A stretch of 64,000 bases of DNA, from NCBI GenBank assembly GCA_964270895.1, contig OZ185436.1; one strand, 5' to 3'. The position numbers and the translations under genes are program-made. The DNA comes from Podarcis filfolensis. Lineage: Eukaryota. The notes beneath the pieces are model-generated. The model saw only the letters and a program-made list of their open reading frames with translations. It had not been told where the DNA came from and ran no database searches. Each line of letters opens with the position of its first letter. Position 1 is the stretch's first letter. Below are positions 19,266 to 46,898 of this stretch, piece after piece.

Positions 19266-19646
19266 CAGTGGTACCTCAGGTTACATACGCTTCAGGTTAC
19301 AGACTCCGCTAACCCAGAAATAGTGCTTCAGGTTAAGAACTTTGCTTCAGGATGAGAACAGAAATCGTACTCTGGCGGCGCAGCGGCAGCAGGAGGCAGT
19401 GGCGTAGCGTGGGTTGTCAGCACCCGGGGCAAGGCAAGTAATTTGCGCCCCCTAACCCATGGATTTGCGCCCCCTAACCCTAACCCCCAGATGTTGCGCC
19501 CGGTGCGGCCGGCCCCCCCTGCACCCCCCACGCTACGCCACTGGCAGGAGGCCCCATTAGCTAAAGTGGTGCTTCAGATTAAGAACAGTTTCCGGTTAAG
19601 AACGGACCTCCGGAACGAATTAAGTACTTAACCTGAGGTACCACTG
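19266..19646. mobile_element. Tc1/mariner MITE (host of a nested hAT element)
   Basis: TA TSD and 18-bp TIR CAGTGGTACCTCAGGTTA. Same family as 53961-54205. Confidence 0.93.
19397..19543. mobile_element. hAT MITE, 147 bp, nested in the mariner MITE
   Basis: Perfect 17-bp TIR CAGTGGCGTAGCGTGGG and perfect 8-bp TSD GCAGGAGG. Confidence 0.93.
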
Positions 19647-20384
19647 TACTGGTAATGAGGAGGAACAATGGGCATCTTATAAAGCTAATGTGGAACCAAA
19701 TCATGTTTGTGTGCAATTAAGAATTTAAGTGTAGAAGCAATAGATAGCGGACGGAAAGATTTGACACTTGCAATGAAATAGAAATGGTTTGGTTACTTGG
19801 GTGTCTCCAATTTAATATTTAATTACCTTTCTTATTAAATCATTTGCCACTTGTGTATCCCAAACCTCTGGGTTTATTAGATGACATGTATTTTGATATT
19901 GGAGCAGTGAATTCCTTTTACTGAATTCTCTTAACCCAACCGCCATGCCTCTAAGATGGTTGTGGGTAATGATTGATAAAGGCATTCTGTTAACCATCTC
20001 CCATATTTACCTTCCCTGATATTTAAGAAAGGGAAAAGGTTATGGATCTAAGTTATACTTTAAATAGAGCCTTACTTTCAGTCTTGGTGCTGCTCACCTG
20101 CTTTCTAGAAGTCCATGTGATGGATTAGGTTTAGCCTTCCCTCCCCAACTTAGGTGTGAGTGGAGAAGGGCAGATTCAGCTCTGGCAAGATTTATAATGA
20201 TCACACAGCAAGCGCCATGGCCAAGTGGGGATCTGAATGTGGTCTCCTTAGGCTAAGACCAATGCTGTCCAGTGTATAGTTTCTTCTAACCGGAGTAGGA
20301 AAGGGAACATGCAGCCCTCCAAATGTTATTGGACTCCTAACTCCCACAATCCCCAACCAACATGGCCAATAGTTAGGGGAAACT

Positions 20385-20469
20385 TCATAAAATCATAGAA
20401 TTGTGGAGTTGGAAGGGATCCCGGTGGTTATCTTGTCCAACCCCCTGCAATGCAGGAACCTCAACTAGA
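20385..20469 (-). mobile_element. CR1 LINE 3' tail fragment
   Basis: tcatagaattgtggagttggaagggatccc...gtccaaccccctgcaatgcagg. Confidence 0.8.
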
Positions 20470-20564
20470 TCAATTAAGTGTTTCAAATTTGTTGTTAGCC
20501 GCCCTGAGCCCGGTTTTCTGAACTGGGAAAGGCGGGGTATAAATAAATTATCATCATCATCATC
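20470..20564 (+). mobile_element. L2-type LINE 3' tail with (CAT)n
   Basis: gttagccgccctgagcc...ggcggggtataaataaattatcatcatcat. Confidence 0.75.
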
Positions 20565-20900
20565 CATATAGAAATCTGTTGGGGTCATATCGAATCCCGA
20601 TTCTGTCTTCTATGGCACTGCATTCCCACGGCATGAGGGTTAGATGCCAGGTCTGTCTTTCTCCTTTGGCGATCACTCGTGGCCGACTAAGATGGTCTTC
20701 CATGAACGCGGTGGTCTTAACGGTGTGTCCTCAAGTGACTGCGGAGGCCCATTCTGGATCCGTAGCAGAGATATGTCGGTGGACCGCAGTGCCAAGTCCT
20801 TCCACTAGAGGTCGCTGGTGGTGGTGCTACTGCTGCAGCGGCAGCCCGCGCTCATTTCCATGGCGACGGCGTGGGGCCTGGCGTCTCCCTCGAAGCCACG

Positions 20901-37198
<16,298 letters not shown>

Positions 37199-40100
37199 TT
37201 CTGATGGGTAGAGGAGTTTGCTCCAGTTCCTCCTTTGACAAATAGGCTAAATTTTAGAGTTTGAGATTAGAAAATACCCTCCTATTAACAGCATACACAG
37301 GAAGCCACTTAATGTCAGATTTAACAAACTTTTCAAACAAATACAAATTCTCATACACTAGAAGAGATTGCACAAGAAAACACTGAGCCCACTGAGTCCC
37401 TATTGGTTTAGGTTCTCTCCCCTATGCCAATTTAATCTTAAAATACCACGGCTGCTTGTCTCCTGGACTGTGAATGTGATGCATGCATATTGGACTGTTC
37501 CTGTACTAGTGACAGAGAGCTAGAGTGACTCCCTAGGAATTTGGAAGGGCTGAATTTTAGTTGTGCTAGAATTGCTTCTTTACTTTGTCATTTAGAATTT
37601 TTAAGTCTATGGAATCGTTTTGCATACTGGCTTAGATGAAGAGCCTGCCCAGTCCCATGGCACTGAAATTAACCAGATTCCCTGCTACAGTTAACAGCAG
37701 AAATGATGAAGCTGACTCACAATTGTTTTCTTTCCATGAACCGATGCAGACACTGATACCTATATACCTGATTTGAGAATGAAAACCTGAGCCTATTTTT
37801 TAAAGCCTTTATGGAAAATCATCATTAAACCCAGAAGGCACTCATCTTTTCTGGATTGTTTTTCATATGCCATTCTATAATGTTGGACACTCTCCTTATC
37901 TGACTTCCCTATGCTGCTTTTCAGAGAGAAGTAAAACAATCTAAAGAGCATGAAATATCTTGTTCAAATTCATCCCATTTTTCAGCACTGTGGAGTGTAT
38001 AGACACATTCACACACAGAGAGAGCATTCTTACAATTTACAAAGTTCCTCTTAGATCTCAGTAATTTAAATTTACTTTTGAAATTATAGCTATATCCTGA
38101 ATACTTGAATCTCAGTCCAGAGACAGTTCATTCTACATCTTGTTCGAAACAACTAAATTTAATTGTTTTGCAAAATGTACATTACATACAAACTGTAGCC
38201 CAAGGGCTGTTTTTGGATAAAAGCTGCTTCTGAAGGGGGTAATGAGAAGCAACAGATCAGAATGGGTGCTTGACTATATTACCCTGTTTGAAATTCCTGC
38301 CCCTGCTTGTAGCTTTCACCTCATGGGGTAGTGTTTGTAAGGACTACCGGTAAGTTATACCATTTATATATAACATGTTGTTTGATCCCAATTTATGTCA
38401 ATTACTTTAATAGCTGCACTCTATATGGACCAGGATCCCAGCATTTAGAAATATTTTGATGTCTCAAAATAGCATATGTGTCTTTTGTACTGTGGGACGA
38501 AAAGAATGGAGAGGGTCAACAGGCAGTGTTACCAACTGTCCCATCTGGTTGCTTCAGAAGCATTGAGTGCTAAACCAAGGGAGGAGACAGGGAAAGGATG
38601 TGGTTAATTAAACAATTTCAGTTTTGCTGAGCTGCACGGTTTCAGAATTGAGAGCACAACACATTACATCTTTACTGAGAAAGTTGATTCTGTTATTTAA
38701 TCCTTGTTTTGTTGTTAAAAATTAAACTCATGTCTGCCATGTGAGAACATTTAGGAGTGTGATGCTATGTGTAATTGATACCCTCAGGCAAGAAGTCCCA
38801 AGGGAGTGAATGAAAGTCTTGTTTAAAAGTATCAAGGAAGTCTTGGCTTTGATATTTTCAATATTTAAAGTTATTCAGAGCTTGCCAAAGAATCCTATCA
38901 ATACCCACCATCACTGTTGTCCTTTCCCCTTGGAAACTGATCCTTTTATCCATTTTGCTTATATTCACCAGGGGCTTCAGGGCTAAATTAGACATGAAGG
39001 AGTAGTTGTGCAAGTGTTTGTCCTTTATGCAAATAAAAAGGTGGCTGGGGCCTATTGTTACAGAAAAAAGAGCACAGAGTGTGGGCAGCAGAAACGGCCC
39101 CTACCATGTGTTACCTTGCTGCCCTCCACTGCTTTAAACAGCTTTCCTTAATCCTGTTCTGATACCAGAGGTGAGCCATGCCGGAAGAAAATTGCTTCAG
39201 GAAGTGGATCAAAGCTAGGTAAGGTGGAAGAGGGTGGGTTTCAAACTTCCTCTGCCCATTCCTTTTAGTGTAAAGAGTGGATCCAGTCAAACCCTTATAT
39301 GTGAAATGAGCTGGCATCTGCATAAAATACATATATTTATTGTATTGTTCATTTGGAAGTTCTTTGGAAGGAGCAATTACACACATACACTGATTGACTA
39401 GGGACACTGTCTTACCTCATAGTGTGTGGCTTGGCTCTGTTTGCTTGCGTCATGCTTGCTCTGCAAACATCACACATATAATTCTAGCACACTGGGACTA
39501 CAGATGGATTGTAGTCTGGGAAGGACTGAGGAGTTTATAGTTTCAGGTCAGCGGTTGGACTAGATGATATTTTGGGTTATTAACTCTGATTCTGTGCATT
39601 CAGCTGTGCTCTTTGCCCATGAAGATGAAGACTAGCATCATGGTATAACACACATATGGCAAACAAGTACTGTTTCATGGTTCCTTGACCACAGTGCCCA
39701 TTTTGCCTGGTTTTCATTATGTCAGTCATCCTGCCTAGATAATTGTACCTTCAAAAAGAAGATGAAAGGTTTTTTTTAATGAAGGCTTATTAGTGACAAG
39801 ATTGATCTTGTCAGATGCAGTTTAACATTGGAGGTGAATTACTGGTTTAGCTAAACTTAAAAGAGATACTAAGAATAATGTTTAAATGACCTTTTACAAT
39901 TTTAGGCCATCCAGTCCAGATAAATAAATGATATGAATTCAGGTATGCTTCTTGATAGTTGGTCTTGTAAGGAAAAATCAAGCTGAAATGATAATAAAGG
40001 TTGCTGCTCAAGATTTATAAAATTCTTACAGCGCTTGTTATCTCTGAGAAGATACTTCTTTTACACCAGGCACTATGGAAGTTGATGTTCATTGTTCTAA

Positions 40101-41634
40101 TCAGCCATGAGTTCAAGAACCAGACCTATGACCAACATGATGTTTTTATTTCAACATTTCTTTGATGTCTTCCAGTGACAAAAATAAACAGGAGCCAGCT
40201 GTGTCTCAGCTAGCTTTTGCAGAAATAATAATATATCTTAATTTCCCACATTTCTAGTACTGTTCTCACCATTAGCTGTCCATAAGTATCCCAGCTGTCC
40301 CTGATTTTATAAGGCTGCAGTCCTAGACCATCTAAGCTGGGAGTAAGCACCACTAAACTCAGTGAGGCTTACTTCTGAGCAGACATGTAAAGTTTTGCAT
40401 TTTAAAAATGGTTTACTTCTTGAGCTAGGCAGGCTGTGCACAGGCATTTCCTAAACCTAAGGCTTACTTTAGAAATTCCTGACTATCTAATTCTAGATTT
40501 TAGTTGAAGTGGGATTGTGGGGAGCAAAGTTGTTGACCATTAAACTCCTCCCTGCCTTCATTCTATAGTCCAAGACTCAGCTGCTTTTTGTGTGTGGTAA
40601 AAATCAAAGCATATGGAGAAAGTAAAGTTAAAAGAAGGCTGGAACAACTGCTCTTCCTTCACAAGCACATACACACACACACAACTACATTCTTCAGAGA
40701 AACAGCAGAGGAGAATGTACTCATTTGGTACTGTAATTGTAAGGTTATAGATTTGACCTTGGGGAATTGGCTAATTGTTTTTCCGGGCCTTGGTTTTCTA
40801 CATTAAAATAACCAGGATAACCACTCATTGTACAATTATGAAACAATCTCTGGTCTTTAGAGGATATCATCTGTGTAAACAACAAGCGCAGTTTTCTGGC
40901 AAGGAAATATGCAGCAGCATATGTGCATGTACATAATATTATGTATAACATAAATCTATTCCTTTATCAATTTCCGCTTCACTTCCACATCACATATCCT
41001 GCAAACATTTCTTGTTCTAGGAAACTAAAGAATAGCAAATCAGAGGTTATTGTCTTGTAAATGAGCTTTTAACTGATTAACCAGCTAGAAGGAAGGAAGG
41101 AGACAATCTACAAGAGGGGGAAATGTTCCATCAGTTTTGTTCATGTTTAAAGTCTAGGTCCTTCCTAGCTGAGATATGGGAGTGGGTTGGCTTGGCAGAT
41201 GTTGGAATGGAAATAACAAAAGATTTCACATATCACTTTTTATTCTTGGAACAGTGGCTATATCACTGCTGTCAACATAGTTGATTTGTACACCTTTTCC
41301 TCAAAGTGAAAAGGTTTGTGTTATCTATGATGTACATACAAACAAAAGGCTCAGAGGTGAATTTTAAGCAATGAAGTAAGAAAAACATGAAAGGCAGAAA
41401 GTACAGTGACATAATCAGTTACATAATTGATAGTGGTAATTCACGAAATAGCCGTTGATAATACAGACATCCTGGTATTAGTAGGCCAATTAACACATGT
41501 TAACATATTGGCCCTGAATTTTCAAGTTGCAGTCTCCCTGGCCATGACTGAATAAACAAGAGTAGCACTCACATATGGAATCAAGGCCTCAATGTGAATT
41601 CAGCTACTAGCAACCCAATTTGTCTGGGGAGTCC

Positions 41635-41905
41635 GAACACAAGAAAAGTCTTGCTGGATCAAGCATCCTGTTCTCACAGTAGCCCACAAATTGCCTATAG
41701 GAAGCCTGCAGCACTGACCTGAGTACAACAGCACTCTCCCTGCTTGTTATACTGCCTCCAGCAATGGAGGCAAAACAGAGCCTTATCCTCCGTGCATTTG
41801 TCTAATACACTTTTAAAGCTATCTAACTTGATGGCCATTATATTATTAGTGGGAGCAATTTTTATAGATTAATTATGGGCTGTGCAAATAAATACTATAG
41901 TTTGT
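41635..41905 (-). mobile_element. CR1 LINE 3' fragment, old
   Basis: gaacacaagaaaagtcttgctggatcaag...catcctgttctcacagtagcc...tttgtctaatacacttttaaagc. Confidence 0.7.
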
Positions 41906-43419
41906 CTTTTCTGAATCTTCCAACGCTCAACTTTAATGGATGGCCCCAAATTTCTATTTTGGAGCTCTGAAAGTGTATTTAAACTCAAATATTGTGATAA
42001 GATGACAGAAGTGGGAACTCGGGAGAGAAAACATATCTGCATATTGGATTTACATCCATTTCCTATGTTTATGCAATGTAGTAAAAGAAGGATTGCTATT
42101 CCTTTTAAGTTCACAACTTTAAGTTGCAATTTTAATTAATACACCATGTAACATAAGTCATTCAATTGCCTATTATTACAATCAAGACAACTGTTTTGAT
42201 TATGGGCAGATCTCTGGACTTCAAAAAAAATGTAGCGTGAATGTGAGCGACAAAGATGGATGGATGGATGTTTTAAAAGAAAATAATCCCAACTATAAGA
42301 GGTAGCAAGAAAAAGACTGGATCTTCCAAGGTTAAAAAAAAACCAGCCAAATTACTACAAAGTCTGCTGCTTACATCCTTCCAAATTTAACATTTCTCTG
42401 GCAGATGTTTACTCCCAGGAAATGACAAAAATAGACCCATTTCTAGACTCTTTTCAATAATATTTTTGGATTTATTCCCATGGATATTTCTTGCTAAAGT
42501 TCAAGATCCAGCTCCCTAGAGCAAGCAAGAGGCCTGTAATGTTCTCCTTGACTTGTTTTTTCCATTCCAAACTGAGATGATTTTAGGAAAATAAGCAAAC
42601 CAAACAATATGGTTCCACAGCAACCACTAGCAACAATCTACTATGGACTTTGGATGCAGCCAACCTTCAGCAATAGGGCCTTGCAGGAAACCTGCCAAGG
42701 GCTTTGTGTCAGCAGTATAAAGATCAACTAGTGATTTCATCCATCAAGAGGCCACTCAGGAAAAGCCATGCCATCATTTACACCTGGTAACAAGGCTGCA
42801 GTGCATTGCTGCAACAGCCCTTCAGCCATTCAGTGCTATGTAGGTGCCTTGCTGCTTTTGAGCACTCCAGAGGTTCAACAGGACATTGTTCCTTCTGGTT
42901 CTGGATGCATCTGAAGCCCAGTGCAATGCTAATGGAGAGGTACTTCATGAAATGGGGAAGGACCACAGTAAATATCAACCACTAGTTTGGTTGTCTGCAA
43001 TGCCAGCCCAAATCTGTGGTCTCTTAACTCTGTTCTCAGAATAAGCAGGAAGACAAAGCCAATTATTTTCTCTGTTTCACCTTCCCCATCTGTTCCACAA
43101 TATAACTCACACACCTCACTATGAACAAGCAAAGTGGAGAAGCAGCTGAGTTCTGGGGACTTTCTGTGTTGCCAGTAACCTAGTGAAACTACATGTCATG
43201 TGGAAAACTTAATTGTCCCAATTCTGTGATTTCCTCAAAAGGAAAATGCAGATGTGGGGACTGCCAGGGAGGTTGTTATTAAACATTTGCCACAGCCAAA
43301 ACAAACCAGAACAAATCATTTTGAAGAGAAGGGCAGCCTTTGAGAACATTTGTGGATGAGAAACTGTAAATTCTTCTTTACAAACGCCACCTTCACTTGC
43401 ATCATTTTGGCAAATATGT

Positions 43420-43722
43420 TTACCCCGGACACAGAGATTTAGCTCTGAAGGCCTTCTGGAGGTCCCACCACTGATAGAAGTGAAGTTACAGGGAACCAGG
43501 CAGAGGGCCTTCTCGGTAGTGCCACCCACTCTGTGGAACGTCCTCCAATCAGACGTAAAGGAGATAAATACCGTAACTACACAACTTTTAGAAGACATCT
43601 GTAGGCAGCCCTGTATAGGGAAGTTTTTTGTATTTGATATTATTATGCTTTTATATTTGTTGGAAACTGTCCAGAGTTGCTGGGGCAATCCAGTCAGATG
43701 GGTGGGGTACATCAATCAATTA
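43420..43722 (+). mobile_element. L2 LINE 3' fragment
   Basis: ORF GTRQRAFSVVPPTLWNVL matches the L2 RT C-terminal motif RAFSxxxPxLWN and is followed by the L2 3' UTR. Confidence 0.85.
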
Positions 43723-44945
43723 TTTACTGACAAATGGTGAAGAATCACACTAAAAGCAGGCTGAAGATACCCACTTCATGCTTTGCTTCACTGAATTAGT
43801 TCACCCAAAACAAAACAGCAGCATCCTTAGTAACCCTGCTTAGGGATATAGTATGACCATCACAGTGGGGTGCAGTGCAGTCCTGCCTTCAGAAAGTTTA
43901 CAAGAAGTTGTATATCTAGACCCTAAAGACTTAAGGAAGTCCAGAGTATGACTACAAACAAGAAAAAACATTTTTGTTATGCAAAGACAAATGATTAGGC
44001 TCTGTTTACACTGTGGAACTTCCCAGGCAGGAACCAGTGGGGAAGGAAATGCAGATGATGTCCACAGTCTCCATGCATTACTTATGATCCCTGACTTCAG
44101 TAGAATGTGAACAGCAAAAATACAATGTTTCCAGATGGCTACTTCTCTGAAAATGTGGCTGTTTGCCCCATCACCAACATCCAAGTGTTGACAGTTAGTT
44201 TGTCCGAGGGGGCAGTAAGTGGATAGGGAGGCCCTCACAAACAAGGACAAAAAACAATAATACCCTCTAAATTACATTATGCAATAATGAAAAACACAAC
44301 TGTGAACATTTACACAGAAAGTCGCATGAAAAAACAGGTAAGCAATTACTTAAGCCAAGAATAGCAAATTATGCTGGCCAACAGGAGGCTGGTCAGACAG
44401 ATTTCATAAAAATGCGAGCATAAGCAGTACTTGATGTGTATACTGAGAATAAGAGTTGGTTTCCTTGCTAAGTTTATGCTTTACTTGGTTGGAACTAACA
44501 TTTAGCCATATCCAAACCAATTAGAGGTCTCAAGGAGGTGATCTAGTGCTGAGACATTATGCAGCAGGAATGAGGGGAATGCTCTAACATTTTGATTTCA
44601 TTAAGGCTGGTATAGCAGCTCGTTTAAACTAAGTCTGTTGCATATTTTTAAAACTGCAAACTATGTTTTGCTTGGCACTGGAAATGTGTTGCAGTGCCTT
44701 CTGTAAAAGAACAAAGGAATGGCTTATTTTTAATATCTTGAGATAGCTAAAATGGATAAATAATAGACTCTGTTCAAAGAACAAATGGTACATGCTCACC
44801 AGACTTATTGAATGAGCAATTGCGGGGTATTTATTGCATATGGAATGTGTGCATTGTAATCTTGTATCCCTAGACAGATTAATCTAATTTTATGAGGGAA
44901 AAGGAAAGATTTAACAGCTTTTTAAAGGTCTAAGATTCTCTGTCC

Positions 44946-45082
44946 CATGAGCATAGGGGGGGGGGGCAGTTGCCTACCCCAGATCAAGAAAAACAACAGA
45001 AATACTTAACAGATCATTCACGTGGGTTCTGTCCCCCCTAACAAAAGTTCTGCCCCCCCCAAAAAAATTGGCTACACCCATG
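44946..45082. mobile_element. hAT MITE, 137 bp
   Basis: Ends CATGAGCATAGG / GGCTACACCCATG; 8-bp TSD 6/8 identical (CTCTGTCC / CTCCCTCC). Confidence 0.7.
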
Positions 45083-45109
45083 CTCCCTCCTCAGAAAAAT
45101 AAATGGCAA

Positions 45110-45335
45110 CAGTGCCAGCCTCAGGATTTAATGGGCCCTCAGGCAAGGCAGCCCACACCTAGTAGAGGAGGGATGTGCATATTCAGCATTCTTTCATTCT
45201 TTTCTGGGTGTTCCAGGCCTAGAGAAAATGGTGGTTGTCTGAGTGGCAGAGGCCCCTTCCCTATTTGGCACCCTAGCAAACAGCCGCCTTTGGGTGCCAC
45301 TCCTTGGGGAAGAGGTCCTTTTGCTCTTGCCACCT
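45110..45335. mobile_element. Degraded hAT-like MITE
   Basis: Begins CAGTGCCAGCCTCAGG and has GC-rich subterminal motifs. The 3' end is unclear. Confidence 0.45.
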
Positions 45336-45737
45336 GCTGATAACCCGAAGAGATTAACCCCGGTCGCAGAAGCCTCCCTTTGAGGGTAGGTGAGCGCTTT
45401 GCTGCCGCTCAGACCGAGCCGCGCCGTCTCCCGCCGTGCGCTCCTCCACCTCCCCAGACTTTGACGTCAGGCGCCGGCCTCTCGAAGCGCTGCGGTTGCC
45501 CGCTTCAAAAGCAGCAGCAGCAGCAGCATCGCTATAGAAACACAGCTGCAGAAGTAGAGCGCGAGCCCGGGAACCTCGCTGTGAGCGCAGGCGGAGGACC
45601 CAGCGCGGGCGAGGAGGGGAGGCGATTTGCTCGAGGTCCTTAAGGAGCCGTGGGGAGCAGCAGCTCCCCTGAAGGGGTCTCCTTTTCTCTGACGCAGCGT
45701 TTGGGATTATGAGGGACGGCTTTGCTACTCTCTGGAG

Positions 45738-46055
45738 CAGGGGTCAGCAAACTTTTGCAGCAGGGGGCCGGTCCACTGTCCCTCAGACCTTGTGGGGGGC
45801 CGGACTATATTGGGGGGGGCGTGAACGAATTCCTATGCCCCACAAATAACCCAGAGTTGCATTTTAAATAAAAGCACATATTCTACTCATGTAAAAACAC
45901 CAGGCAGGCCCCACAAATAACCCAGAGATGCATTTTAAATAAAAGGACACATTCTACTCATGTAAAAACACGCGGATTCCCGGACCCTCAGCGGGCTGGA
46001 TTTAGAAGGCAATTGGGCCGGATCCGGCCCCCGGGCCTTACTTTGTCTACCCATG
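45738..46055. mobile_element. hAT (Charlie-like) MITE, 318 bp, with an internal ~74-bp tandem duplication
   Basis: CAGGGGTCAGCAAAC ... TTTGTCTACCCATG with a perfect 8-bp TSD CTCTGGAG (NTCTAGAN-type). Same family at 63838. Confidence 0.92.
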
Positions 46056-46898
46056 CTCTGGAGTCTTAAAACTCCCGCGCCAATTCTCCCCTACTCCCTC
46101 ACAGCTGTGTTTTTTTCTCCCGCCTTTTTGGCTCCCCCTGCATATCCCCCCCCAACCACACACAGCCTGTCCCACGAAATGATGCTGCGCAGCTGTCGGG
46201 GAGTTGGCAACGTGTCCGGCTGCCGCTTCCCTCAAACCTGCTGCGCTTCTTCGGTCTTACTCCGGAGGTGCCTTAATGCGGGAGAAGCGAGGGGCGGAAA
46301 GCAAGACGAGCCACAACTTCAAGGCGTACAGAACTAGGCGCCGCCTGTTGGTCTCTTCTCCCCCCCCCCCCCCTTCCTAGTAAGGAGGAAATGCATGAAG
46401 GGGAGGGGAGCTGGGACCTTTCCTCTTGCTTGTTCAACAAAAAAAGAAAGAGCAAGCCAGCAACTGGTAGCACTTCAGAGGCAGGACCTAAACTAACGCA
46501 ACTCTCCCCAGCTTCCTCTCTTATGGAGCACGATTGTAGAACCAAAGGAGGCTGATGCTGTGGAGCCAAGAAAGCTGCCCGCCTGCTCGTGGGGGCGGGA
46601 GGCTCTTACTGAGCTCTAATCTTCCCAACAAAGATCGCCTGTGACTTTTTCTGGCTGCTGCTTTAAAGCTAAGGGGTGAAAAGGGGCGGGGGAGAAGACA
46701 GGCGGAGAGGAAGAGAAAACAGACAAGAAGTGAACTTTTGACAGACTGGGAAAGGGGTCGAGAGAGGAGTGCGGGTTGCTCCGAACAGCACAGGGACCCC
46801 CGAGGAGCGCGGGCGAGATGGGGATGTTTCTGGGCCCCTTGTGACATGTGTTTGCAGGCCCCCTTTCCCGCTCTGCATCCTCAGCCTATGTAGTGGCC

